Positions 1 to 11,620 of a stretch of 64,000 nt of DNA are shown here, piece after piece. The stretch covers positions 121,272,001 to 121,336,000 of the forward strand of contig OZ260661.1 in the NCBI GenBank assembly GCA_965285935.1. The letters run 5' to 3'. The translations under genes were made by a program, and so were the position numbers. This stretch comes from Ophelia neglecta (lineage: Eukaryota). Within the stretch, counting starts at the first letter, position 1. Each line of letters starts with the position of its first letter. Under the pieces are notes generated by a model. The model had not been told where the DNA came from and made no database searches. It worked only from the letters and a program-made list of their open reading frames with translations.

Positions 1-643
1 TCACATGTCTGGCCATGTCCTGTCATGTCACTGCCAGAGTATCATGCTGCATTGGGTTCCTCCTCCCATCACCTGCTCCAGTACACCGGGACCAGTGTGG
101 GGTCTATTGTCACGGATAAAACATTAACTGTGTGTGACCTGCTATTGACACTCAGCATTGCTGGAGGATTTGTCCATATTTATAAATTCCCAGAGATGTG
201 AGAATGGCTCCATGTTGCCGTCACCAGTGACAAGTCTCCAAGGCCACCACCACAGGAACCAGCCTGATAGTCGAGCTGTAACCCTGCACCTGATACGTGC
301 CCTCTTAAAAAGTGAGCAACCAATCTGCCCACAATATTGGCGTTGGCCTATCAGCCGTGAAGCGATATTGTCCCTCCACACAGATCATTCCATATAGGGG
401 TAATGGACCATGATCCTAATATTGATATATTGATAACACAATCTCACAGCATCTCTGCCACAGCAATTAAGGGATACAAAGGTGGAAAGGAGAGAGACCT
501 ACACAGGAAATGAGAGTGATCTGGAGCCAAACAAACCGGAGGTAATCGCCAAATAAACAGGCCCACCACAAACAATGCTCATTGGCTACTTTTTCCTCAG
601 GATTCGAGTATTTGGGCCTGTGACTATGTGCAAGTAAACAGAA

Positions 644-1044
644 GCTCCAAAGCCCTGAGTAGTGCAGACAGGCCTGGGCCTATGTGTGAGGGTAGACGAG
701 CAGTGCAGACAGGCCTGGGCCTATGTGTGAGAGTAGACGAGCAGTGCAGACAGGCATGGGCCTATGTGTGAGAGTGGACAGGTGCTCCAAAGCCCTGAGT
801 AGTGCAGACAGGCCTGGGCCTATGTGTGAGAGTGGACAGATGCTCCAAACCCTGAGTAGTGCAGACAGGCCTGGGCCTATGTGTGAGGGTAGACGAGCAG
901 TGCAGACAGGCCTGGGCCTATGTGTGAGGGTAGACGAGCAGTGCAGACAGGCCTGGGCCTATGTGTGAGAGTAGACGAGCAGTGCAGACAGGCCTGGGCC
1001 TATGTGTGAGAGTAGACAGGAGCTCCAGGGCCCAGAGCAGTGCA
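644..1044. repeat. Minisatellite with mixed 41-nt and 58-nt units
   Basis: Core agtgcagacaggcctgggcctatgtgtgag(a/g)gt(a/g)gac repeated about 8 times; some units carry an extra gctccaaagccctgagt segment. Confidence 0.95.
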
Positions 1045-1249
1045 CCAAAACCATGTGTCCCATACCTCTGAGAAGATGACATTGAGAGAACTGCTGTGAT
1101 TAGCCTGATTATAATCCCTCATACCTACACACAGGGGCTGAGCTAGGGTGGTAGACAGGGCAGGGAGGATGGGGTCAGCCCACCTCCCTGTCCACAGACT
1201 CCCCAGGATCCCAACCCCACTTCTTAAACAAACTTACCAGTCATGGGAG

Positions 1250-3640
1250 ACATCTCCGGGAAGTGTTGCATATTTTCCGAACCCCCCTATTACATACCTT
1301 TGACTATGGAGACAGAGCTTTCCTGTAATCCAGGTAAATCCCCTCTCTGATCTCACCTGCATTGCTAATCTCCACCAATCTCATTATAGCACCATCATTA
1401 CCACACCCTTGATCTCTCAACAGATCATAAACCAAATCAGGATCAGGTAAATTGTCCATTAATATCTGTACCCTGTATAAGCCATACCTCCAGATGAACG
1501 ATGAACGGATGAACGCGATGGGTGCAATAAGACCTAACCAGGACACAGCCTGGGTCATATACAGGGCATCCCATGGTGCTTTGCCAGGCCCATTTTACAT
1601 AACTGGGATACATGTGACCAAATCTTTTTGCAAAAATTGGTCCCATCCTGCCATGATAAATACATTAAATTCCTGTCTGACATGAATGATAGATGAGAGG
1701 TTCATCTTGTGATATTAAATATCAGGGACAATAACAAATGTGAGCCGGGGCCAAACCAATGAAATCCTCATACGTTGGAATAAAAATAAATCTAGCTCAG
1801 ATTAATACTTAACAGATGCCATCTATTCCACTGGCATAGCTATGAAATAACTAGGTTTATCCCATTAATTTTCATTGCATTGGCATTACAGACCTGTCTG
1901 AGGAAGTTAGGGGCATACATGACACTGGCTTTTAGGAACACTGCAATATCTCTTGTGTGCATGTACATGTCCCCTCTGGACAAGGCCTAATCCTTACACT
2001 GCTTCACTTATAACTAAAACCAGAGTGAGGCAATAGAACCGAGCCTAAAACACAATCCTTGGGGATCCTTGTTATTGCTCCTCCGCCCCTTTATTGTGAC
2101 AGCAAATAGCCCTGGCTTTATTTACTAGAGGGGTAAGTCCGGGTAAGTCTGGACCCTATAAGATTCTCACACGGAGGGTGGGAAGATGGTGACCCCAGAT
2201 TTACATATAAATGATATTGGCTCAAGTGGAGCTCCCTGTTTGTGGACTAGCCTGGTAAATCAAGCCAGGATGCCACAGCCCCCCTTTCTCTGTGATTAGG
2301 TTATCCTCTCCAATTTCAAAACCACTCCACTTGCCACAGAAAGGACTTCCATGTAACAAACAGGGCCAACCTGATTTAGATTTCAGACAATTTAACCACT
2401 GAACTCTATCCTATCCATCCTCAAACATTTCCTTTTAAGGCCTAAAAATCAGATCCACCCCTGACCCAGTTAAGAGCACATTCATACATCTTTATTTGGG
2501 TCCTTGACCATAAATCAAGTGAACATCAAACGCTTGTGAGGAGACAGATTGATGGTTTGGGAGAGCGATTGAGCCAGTTCACAGATTGAGGCTGAGCCAT
2601 GGTCGCAGCCCATCACCAGACAGGGAATAGACCAGCCTCAGAAATAATTTCCCCTCAAATCTACATGTATTGATCACCCAAACAATGATAGATATCGAAG
2701 CCTAGGATAGCATGCCAAAAGTGGTGAGTTGGGAGAAAGCATTGTTACCAATGCCCTGGGACTGATAGCCGAGCGAAGGCCAAGGGCTCTCAGCCGCCAG
2801 ACCCTCTACTGGTCAAATCAGGGTAGAAAAGATCTCTAAAAACACTATTGATACTTGACAGCTCCGAGGGAAGGGCTTTAGTGTCATCTATAAGGAGGTG
2901 GGTCTCCGGGAATGAGACATTGGCAAGGCCGATTAGCCATCCACAGATAGAAAAGGGTCCTCAATCACCGAGGCCCATAACAGCCTTAAAGCAATGTACC
3001 TAATACTGAGGGCTCTACCACAGCTCAGTAAGCCTTTACCAAGCTTCACAGAGTCAGCAATCAGCAGCCATAATACACTCAATTCTCTTTACTCTTGTCC
3101 TCAAAGTAGCGTTATCAGCCTGAATATTTCATTTCATACCATTAGACAAAACTGATATAACTACAGGAAACCAGACATATAATGTGTGTGCCGGAGCAGA
3201 GCTGGGCAAAAAGTAGTATGAAAACAATGCTGTCTGCCAACATCAAGAGGCGATGTCAACGGAGTGCCTTCTTCAAACAGTCCTAAACATACATCAATTG
3301 GGTAATTGTGGCTTTCCATTTCAAAACACTCATCTGTCAGAGACAAAGAGCCTAATTAAAGCTCAGTACATAGCCTGCTCCTCTGGTATAGAGGATTGCC
3401 TCTCAGATCTGAGAAACAAACACTCACTGGCAGACACAGATGTATAGGCTGAAAAAAATTCAGGAGTCTGGCTTCGTGATGTGTGCTCCTCACCATCTTA
3501 ATATAACATATAGACATCTCCACTGGCACAGAAACCGATAACAATAGACAACAACCGAGGGAGATGAAGGAGTCCAAAACCTCGCTGAAAAACAGCAGCT
3601 CATCAACTACACTCTCACTTGTTTTACTCTAACTTGCCAT
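1250..3640 (-). mobile_element. Heavily decayed LINE (ORF1 + APE endonuclease + start of RT); boundaries approximate
   Basis: Motifs occur in the expected order on the minus strand: ORF1-like VVDELLFF (~3600), LPVSVCFSDLRGNP, coiled-coil IQADNATLRTRVKRIE (~3100), KGGCGIL (~2280), GDMYMH and NFLRQVCNANAMKING (~1880-1975; GDFNAH-like), GIYLDYRKA (~1320; RT xFLDxxKA-like). Many stops and frameshifts. Confidence 0.5.
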
Positions 3641-4914
3641 GAGGTGAAATGATCAAGTTAAATAGAGAGATAAATGCTGTGCCCTTGTGATTAATTCTGG
3701 TATTGGGCTTTAGCAATGTCTGGAATAAAATACCACTATCTATTTTTTGCAAGATGGAGGATTTTTATCTCTCCCGACAATAAAGAGGTTTTATGTCTCC
3801 AGGAAAAGATTGGAAGGAGGCTACAAAGAATGACAATGAATAACCTATAAGAGGCAATAAAAAACCAAGCACTAGCTTGTTGATTAGCCTATCTCAACTC
3901 TACTTTATCACTGGCTTGTTAATAAGACAATACTCAACTGTTTCAACTTGATTTGACCAGGAATTGAGAGTTTTGATATTGTGGAGAGTTGAGAATTTGC
4001 ATAAAGATTTTGTTGTATCTTGTACTGACACAATGAGTTGGAACCTGGCTGTCCCTTACCAAGTCCCTCACCTCACATTAATCTAACACTTTTCTACTTT
4101 TGGATAATCTGGCCAGACCAGATCAATTGTCGCCTTTCAGCTTCCGTCATTCCCGGCTTATCGTCTATTTAATGGACCCCAGTTGATGGTAACTGGGTCA
4201 TTGCTCGGCCACTCCCACCATTGGTATACCCATTACCATTGTGGGGAGACCAGGAACAGGCCACAATACACCATACTAATATGAGGGTAGCCCAGAGTAG
4301 AAATATTTCACCAGTTGATCTTTGTGATCCAGGGTGAATGCATGTTCTCTATGTCTGCTGCTTGCAGCTCCAGAAACCTGCCAACCTCCCCCTCCACCCC
4401 CCCCCCCCCCAAAAAAAACACACACAGTGACTCAATTCCTATACTAACTTGGCAACATTCAGAGCAGCAAGATTGGAAATTACAACAAAGACTATAAAAA
4501 CCCATATTTAAGAATTGTATTTTGTAAATTGATAGCTGAGTTGGAAATCAATGGACAAGGGCTAAGCAGCTTAAACTGTGTGCTCCACCAGAACCACCAG
4601 CAGACTATTCTGATGCCTACTTACAGTTCAGGGCCAAAACCTCTAGTTATCAGCTGTTAAATTGATTCTGCCTTGAAGGAATCACCAGTCAGCTGTATGC
4701 TGATTCAATTTGACTTAATTGAATTTGAGTTGGTGACTTTTTACATAATTTCGATTGAAGCCTCTGTAGAATACCAAGTACTTATAAGTGCCTGCCAGTG
4801 CTCAACATGCTAGGCACACTGGTAGAGAGGAAAACATTAAAATCATTCAAGCCAATATAATAAATTACTCTTTACAGCTATTTTTGAAAGCCTAGCCTTC
4901 CAGTTGTTAATATC

Positions 4915-5154
4915 CAGGGACTGGTTTCTAGAAGCAGTATTAGCTTTTTGGATTAGATTAGCCTATTGCAGATTAGCTGAGACCACGTTAATGGGTGTTT
5001 CCATTGACCAGGATTTAAAGGCCTGAAAATGGCTAGTTTTAAGACCAAATCCAACTTTCTGAAACCTCGATAATCAAGTTAAGACCGATTAAGCACTTTA
5101 ATCCTGATTTAAATCTGATTTAGAGCTAAGACCACTTCCAGAAACCAGACCCTG
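4915..5154. mobile_element. 240-bp MITE with ~31-bp imperfect terminal inverted repeats (PIF/Harbinger-like)
   Basis: Left end cagggactggtttctagaagcagtattagct versus reverse complement of right end cagggtctggtttctggaagtggtcttagct (26/31 identical); non-coding AT-rich interior. Confidence 0.7.
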
Positions 5155-5689
5155 AGTAGTATTAAGGCTTGGGGAGGCTTGCTGTTGGTTTCTAATTCAG
5201 GTAGCCACACAGGGTGTAATTCATCAGAGCCCATCCTTCCACCCCACTCACACAGGGCCCACTTAGACAGGGCCAACAGGAAACTCTTTGATCTCTCCCT
5301 CCCAATGCTCTCAATACAGACAAATGGTAACCTCGTGCCTTGAACTAGCAATTCATTGGCATCAAACTCAAATGTTTACAGGTTTATACTGGTGTTACAT
5401 GTGGAATCCTCCTGCCGCTGTATGGGGGCAGTGCTGGGGGGGGGGGCTGTACTGGGGGCAGGCCAGGGACAGGGGCGACAGGTCCTGAGGTGTACTCGGG
5501 GCAGGCCAGGCACCAGAGTGACAGCACAAGGCCAGCTGGCTGAGTGTTAAGGCCAGGTGTGCCATCACAATGAATTGTGTGAGTGAGAAGGACATGCACT
5601 GCTGAATGTGAGCCCAGGGCTGCTCACTGTGTCATGGGTCAGGAGAACCTGTGAGCATCTCATCTAAAACCAAATATCTGAGTTCCCTT

Positions 5690-5903
5690 AGTGTGAACCA
5701 AAACAGAAATGCTTCCATACTACCTGGCTGAAACACCTATATAAGCTGGTACTTCTGGGCTTCCACAATGGCTGGCGGCAGTAGTCCGTGCTCTTTGGTC
5801 CTAACAGGTCCTCAAGGCCCATGATCAAATGAACCTTAATCCACCTAGTTACTTTGTCAATTAGACGCCTTCCTGATAATAGTTTTCTCCAGATCTGCCA
5901 CAA
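5690..5903 (-). mobile_element. Decayed LINE reverse-transcriptase fragment
   Basis: ORF 5688..5903 contains IWRKLLSGRRLIDKVTRWIKVHL, resembling the CR1/L2 RT segment LL.KL..YGI.G..L.WI.SFL. Confidence 0.4.
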
Positions 5904-7474
5904 GTGTCACTGGAGAGAGGAAGGCATACACTGGGCACAAGACACAGAGTCAGTAGGACTGGGAGACTACAGCAGTTTGTAGACTGGACATCCTGCAGGT
6001 CCTTGGCTCCAGTCTGACATTCCTGGCTGCCTGCTGCCCCTGTTATAGCCAGGACCCCTCTTAGAGACCTGGCAGACTGGCAGATGCCTCCGGTCAGCCC
6101 TCACAATCAACCCTAAGACGTGCCAGGGAGGGCAGGGTCCACATTGGCTGGACAGCTCATATCACCCTTGCTATCAGCTGGGTGGGCAGGGTCCACATTG
6201 GCTGACAGCCCATACAATCACTCCTGCCATGTGTCAGGATGCCAGAGACCAAGCCAGCTGGGTAGCCCTAACTTGCTGGCCTGCTATTGGTCAGCACTGT
6301 GAAGGACCACCCTAACCGGACTCCAACCCCCTGTCCACTGATACCACACACAATGTGGGTGGCATACCAGTGCCTAGCTGGGCTCACCTGTAAGGGTTCA
6401 CCTAGCAACTCACACGAGCAGGCCTCATACAGCCAGCAGGATGTCTAGGCCTAACAGAGGGAGACATGACCACAGACATGGCAGAGACATGGCTGGGCTG
6501 GTAAATTCTAATATACTGGTTATTAATAAAGCTCAGCTTACAGAACAGAGATATGCAGAGCAGGGTGGGGTGTCAGTGAGCCAGGCTGGTCTCCTGTCCC
6601 CTGGGGTGGGGAGTGTGGGAGAGATGAGGAGAAGGAAGATCAAAGGCAGGGTTCAGCAGGGACCCCGCCTCACCTGCAGGGTGGTAATGAATCTGAGACC
6701 CCAGGAGAATATGATCACCCCTGGAGCTGTCAGAGTCTGCCCCCTACCGACTGACACATGCCAGTTTGGTCATTCTGATACCTGCCTCAACCCAAAACAC
6801 CTCTACCCCACACACTACGGAATGCACCCAACATTAATAAAATACCAAAACCATTAGTAAACCATTGAAATAACCTTCAATCTGGCTTACCTCCTGAACA
6901 GAAATATGTGGGAATGTAGAAAGCAGTGTACCAGAGCCAAACAGTAATGTCAGCCTATACTACTATGATATCAGATTGGCGGCCATTTAGAATTCCTAAT
7001 CCCTTGTATGTGTGCAGCTTGTTCAGGGAACAAGTTAATTTCAGGACCTGCACAGTCTGGCTGGAGCCAATGAATAAACCATGACCATCAAGTGTATCTT
7101 AATCACACAACAATGCCACTTCCATTAACTTAACGCATTGGATTTCATAAACAGGGCATAAGATAACAGTAGGGTTTCCCATCAACATTTAAACAAACCT
7201 CTTACATTTGAGGCCTTAATGTGACTAGCTGAAGCTGACACTAAGCCACCTAAAGCCACCCAGCTAAACCCAGTGAAGCTAGGAATTGAAAGCCTTTGTA
7301 TCTTCTCACTTAAATGTTCTGCCTACAAGACATTTTGATGAAATCAATCCTTGCACCACAACTGTAATCGAGCATGTTAGGCAGTGCTTTCCATCTAAAC
7401 CGTGCTTTACCATATAACAATTACTTCCAAGTATAAAAAGTATGATGCTAATAAGCTGCATTAAGTGAGAATAG

Positions 7475-8869
7475 TATACTAACCCTGAGCCTGGTGAGGC
7501 TGTATACTAACCCTGAGCCTGGTGAGGCTGTATACTAACCCTGAGCCTGGTGAGGCTGTGTACTAACCCTGAGCCTGGTGAGGCTGTGTACTAACCCTGA
7601 GCCCTGTGAGGCTGTGTACCAACTCTGAGCCCGGTGAGGCTGTGTACCAACTCTGAGCCTGGTGAGGCTGTATACTAACCCTGAGCCTGGTGAGGCTGTA
7701 TACCGGGTAATAACCCTGAGCCCAGTGAGCCCTGTGAGGGTGTATACTAACCCTGAGCCCGGTGAGGCTGTGTACTAACCCTGAGCCTGGTGAGGCTGTG
7801 TACTAACCCTGAGCCTGGTGAGGCTGTGTACTAACTCTGAGGCCTGTGAGGCTGTATACTAACCCTGAGCCTGGTGAGGCTGTATACTAACCCTGAGCCT
7901 GGTGAGGCTGTGTACTAACCCTGAGCCTGGTGAGGCTGTGTACTAACCCTGAGCCCTGTGAGGCTGTGTACCAACTCTGAGCCCGGTGAGGCTGTGTACC
8001 AACTCTGAGCCTGGTGAGGCTGTGTACTAACCCTGAGCCCGGTGAGGCTGTATACCGGGTAATAACCCTGAGCCCAGTGAGCCCTGTGAGGGTGTATACT
8101 AACCCTGAGCCCGGTGAGGCTGTGTACTAACCCTGAGCCCTGTAAGGCTGTGTACCAACCCTGAGCCCGGTGAGGCTGTGTACCAACTCTGAGCCTGGTG
8201 AGGCTGTGTACTAACCCTGAGCCCGGTGAGGCTGTGTACTAACCCTGAGCCCGGTGAGGCTGTATATTAACTCTGAGGCCTGTGAGGCTGTATACTAGCC
8301 CTGAGCCTGGTGAGGCTGTATACTAGCCCTGAGCCTGGTGAGGCTGTGTACTAACCCTGAGCCCTGTGAGGCTGTATACTAACCCTGAGCCCGGTGAGGC
8401 TGTATATTAACCCTGAGGCCTGTGAGGCTGTGTACCAACCCTGAGCCTGGTGAGGCTGTGTACTAACCCTGAGCCCGGTGAGGCTGTATACCGGGTAATA
8501 ACCCTGAGCCCAGTGAGCCCTGTGAGGCTGTACACTAACCCTGAGCCCGGTGAGGCTGTATACCAGGTAATAACCCTGAGCCCAGTGAGCCCTGTGAGGC
8601 TGTATACTAACCCTGAGCCTGGTGAGGCTGTATACCGGGTAATAACCCTGAGCCCAGTGAGCCCTGTGAGGCTGTATACTAACCCTGAGCCCTGTGAGGC
8701 TGTATATTAACCCTGAGCCTGGTGAGGCTGTGTACTAACCCTGAGCCCGGTGAGGCTGTGTACTAACCCTGAGCCTGGTGAGGCTGTGTACTAACCCTGA
8801 GCCCGGTGAGGCTGTGTACTAACCCTGAGCCTGGTGAGGCTGTGTACTAACCCTGAGCCCGGTGAGGCT
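7475..8869. repeat. 1.4-kb minisatellite, 28-nt unit with 44-nt variant units
   Basis: Unit tactaaccctgagcc(t/c)ggtgaggctgt(a/g) (period 28: 7477, 7505, 7533...). Variant unit taccgggtaataaccctgagcccagtgagccctgtgagg(g/c)tgta at 7701, 8053 and in 8460-8700. Confidence 0.98.
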
Positions 8870-8879
8870 TTCTAATAAC

Positions 8880-11620
8880 CAATGCTTGGGTGCCAGGGTG
8901 CTGTGTGTTCACACACAGACCATCTCTACCTACTATTGTGCCCATCACTTAGTCCCAGCATGTGTCTGCATTTCCGAGATGGTCATTGTCAAATTTCACT
9001 TTTCAATTAGCTGCTCTGTTGTTGAGAGCCGGTATGGGTTTATTCGTGTCCTAGCTGTGAAGCCCAATACTCTGGCTTCATTGGCTGCAGAACCAGCCAA
9101 GCCATCATGAAACAAGGAAACACCACCAATCTTACACTGTCAGGACAAGAACTAATGACTAGTAGGTCCAGTTGGCTGCCTGCCACCGCAGTCTTTTTCA
9201 GGGCTTGTCAATACCCTCGTTTGCTGCCTACTCTCCCCTGTCAATACCAAGCCTGAGATTTGTTGCCTTGCTTTAATACTGACTTAATTAGTTGGAGCTT
9301 TCTACATCGGGGATCTTAAGCTCGGCACAGAACTATACACCAATAAAGAACTTCACATTGATGGCTTAATTTCTGGCAGCTGTAGCATGCCAATGTGTAG
9401 TTGACGTAGGCAGCCCTATAACCTAGTGCAAAACTGTGATAATGGAACTATAACAGCTTTAGGAAATCCATTTGCTGTTGTTGCGAGCTACATTAGAACA
9501 ATTTGCGGTAATATGTTGAAGACCAACTCCATTAAAGCTTTCGTCTGTGCAGAGAGGTAACTGGGGATGCTCTCAATCAAGCAATCAGTCGGCTATAAGG
9601 CCACATTTTGCTACCTTGCTAGTTTTTTGGGTGAAAACAAATTGCAGATGAGTGCCTTTTGACGTGACAAGCATCATAAGTGGACAATGAGGCCTTGATA
9701 TATCAAGGCAATCAGATTGCCAGAGGCTTCTCATCAAGTCTCATAAGGACAGACATGTCTTTTCAAAGGTGCCCCAGCACATTCCAGCTGAAGGGCAGGG
9801 CCAGATTGGATCAGGAGGAGGGCATGGTGAGTTTAAACATTCCAATAATAATGGTACAACAGTCTGCAAGGAATGTCAAACTTCTTTGAAGATTAGTCTT
9901 GCTCTGACTTGGGATTCACATTGATAATAACTAAACAGGGAGTTTGGTATACCAGCAAAATAACAGGTCTAAAAAATCAATAATAAAGTTTCTGTCAAAG
10001 GAAAGCCAATTCTACTTTGTTAATAAGGGTCCCTGTGTTCAGCTTGTGAAGTAGATGGGAGCTAATCAAGTCGACAGAAACAAAAAATCTCATTACCAGC
10101 ACTGTGAAAGACAGCAAGTGAAATAGGCTTTCCATAGTACCCACGATAGAGGAACCAGTGGCCTCGGCTGATCCCAGCAAGCAATGACAAGAAGAGGAAA
10201 CAAGCAAGGCACATAAACCCATCTTGTTTATTACAGCAGCACTGAAGCCTTCATCAGGCCTTCCTTACCATAACCAAGTTTATGGCAGCTTGGTAAAGCT
10301 TTTATCATTGAGAAGGAAATGTAATAGCAGAGTAAGGGCCATCCATCTGTATAAATCAGGGCCCTATCTCCTGAGGATAGAGGCTGGCCCTCCTCTGGGG
10401 CTAGAAGCCAGGGCCTCTGTACCTCTCTACCTATATACAACCATCCAATTGTCTTTGATCTGATCTAGGACACTCTCTGCAGCCAACTCTTCTTCAGTCA
10501 CCTTTAAAAGTCCTGTTTTATGCCAAACAGCAAACCTTGCCCCTGGTGGCTTTTCTGCTTCCTTGGCATTTCCTGATGGATGGAAGCAATATACCAAACA
10601 TCTTACCAACAGGGCACGACCCGTTCTCCCAAGGATAATGCTAGAGAACTAAGACAATTACAGTTTAAAGCCAGGAAGTCCATCACTTTATCAGGCTGGC
10701 TACCAGAAGTTATACAGGAGATAGCTATGACGGGATAAGTCTGTTTTACTGCATATAACCTGTCAAAAGATGCTGACTTTCAATATTTCATCTGAGTGCA
10801 GCTGCATATAGTCAATTCTGATTAATGCCTTCATCTTAGATGGTAATACCTTTAATTAACAATGTCAAATCTGAAGGAACATCTCTCCTAACAGTCAAAT
10901 ATTCCCATGCAAGCATAAACAGGCACAAGATCATATATATTACAATCAATTTAAAGCATTCATTTCTTTGTTAACTTCCATTTATGTGCAGAACCGAAAT
11001 GTCTACTATCTAAGGTGTTCCTGAAGTTACTGGTTGCACACTGATCAGACATCAATAAAACAACATCTCTCAATAAAACAATAAGACTATTCTACTCTAG
11101 TAATGACCAAAAGTAATGACCATGACCACAAGCTGCTTACAGATAACTTTAACAAAGTCACAGATTTCATGAACGGTCAACTCAAAAAAACCCTCAATTT
11201 ATTCCTACCCACCTGTGGAGCATTGGGTGTTAAATCCTTCTCTCTTTGTCCCTTGTCCTTATCATGGCCATGCTCAACAGCATATGACACCCACCTCCTA
11301 ATCTTCCTTACAAGGGAATCCATCAAGTGCAATTGAGATAATCCTCAATTAAGACTGTTTTGTCCCACTGAATCCCGGTACTGTGTACCTTTCATACTGT
11401 CTATATATAAGGCGCTGAACGGCCTGGTGGAACGGTCTGCCGCTGCAGCCTTAAGTCCACAAGGATTCCACCTGCTTATGAATTCAGCTTTGAACTTCAG
11501 GAGCGGGCAACACAAAGATAGCTACGGTTTGAAGTTGCTTTGAAGCTGTTTCCCTACACTTCCGGAGCTGGTATTGGCCTGAGATAATGATATACAACGT
11601 GCGCTGAATGCAAAGAACAT
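8880..11620 (+). mobile_element. Decayed LINE ORF2 relic (APE endonuclease, linker, RT); boundaries approximate
   Basis: Ordered plus-strand motifs: RVLCVHTQTIS and VPACVCISEM (LNxRS / ITETW-like), LVGAFYI (~9290), linker LGENKLQMSAF and NEALIYQGNQIARGF, SK*NRLSIVPT and KAHKPILFITAALK (WK.A.IVP / NYRPISLL-like, ~10110-10250), ALSPQGFHLLMN and ELVLA*DNDIQRALN (~11450-11610; LSP.LF and ADDLV-like). Confidence 0.5.

Noticed and set aside
6441-6857. 138-aa plus-strand ORF
   Set aside because: No recognisable domain, low-complexity G-rich content, antisense within an intron.
8450-8710. 86-aa periodic ORF
   Set aside because: Arises from the 72-nt (28+44) repeat being a multiple of 3; no splice or codon evidence.
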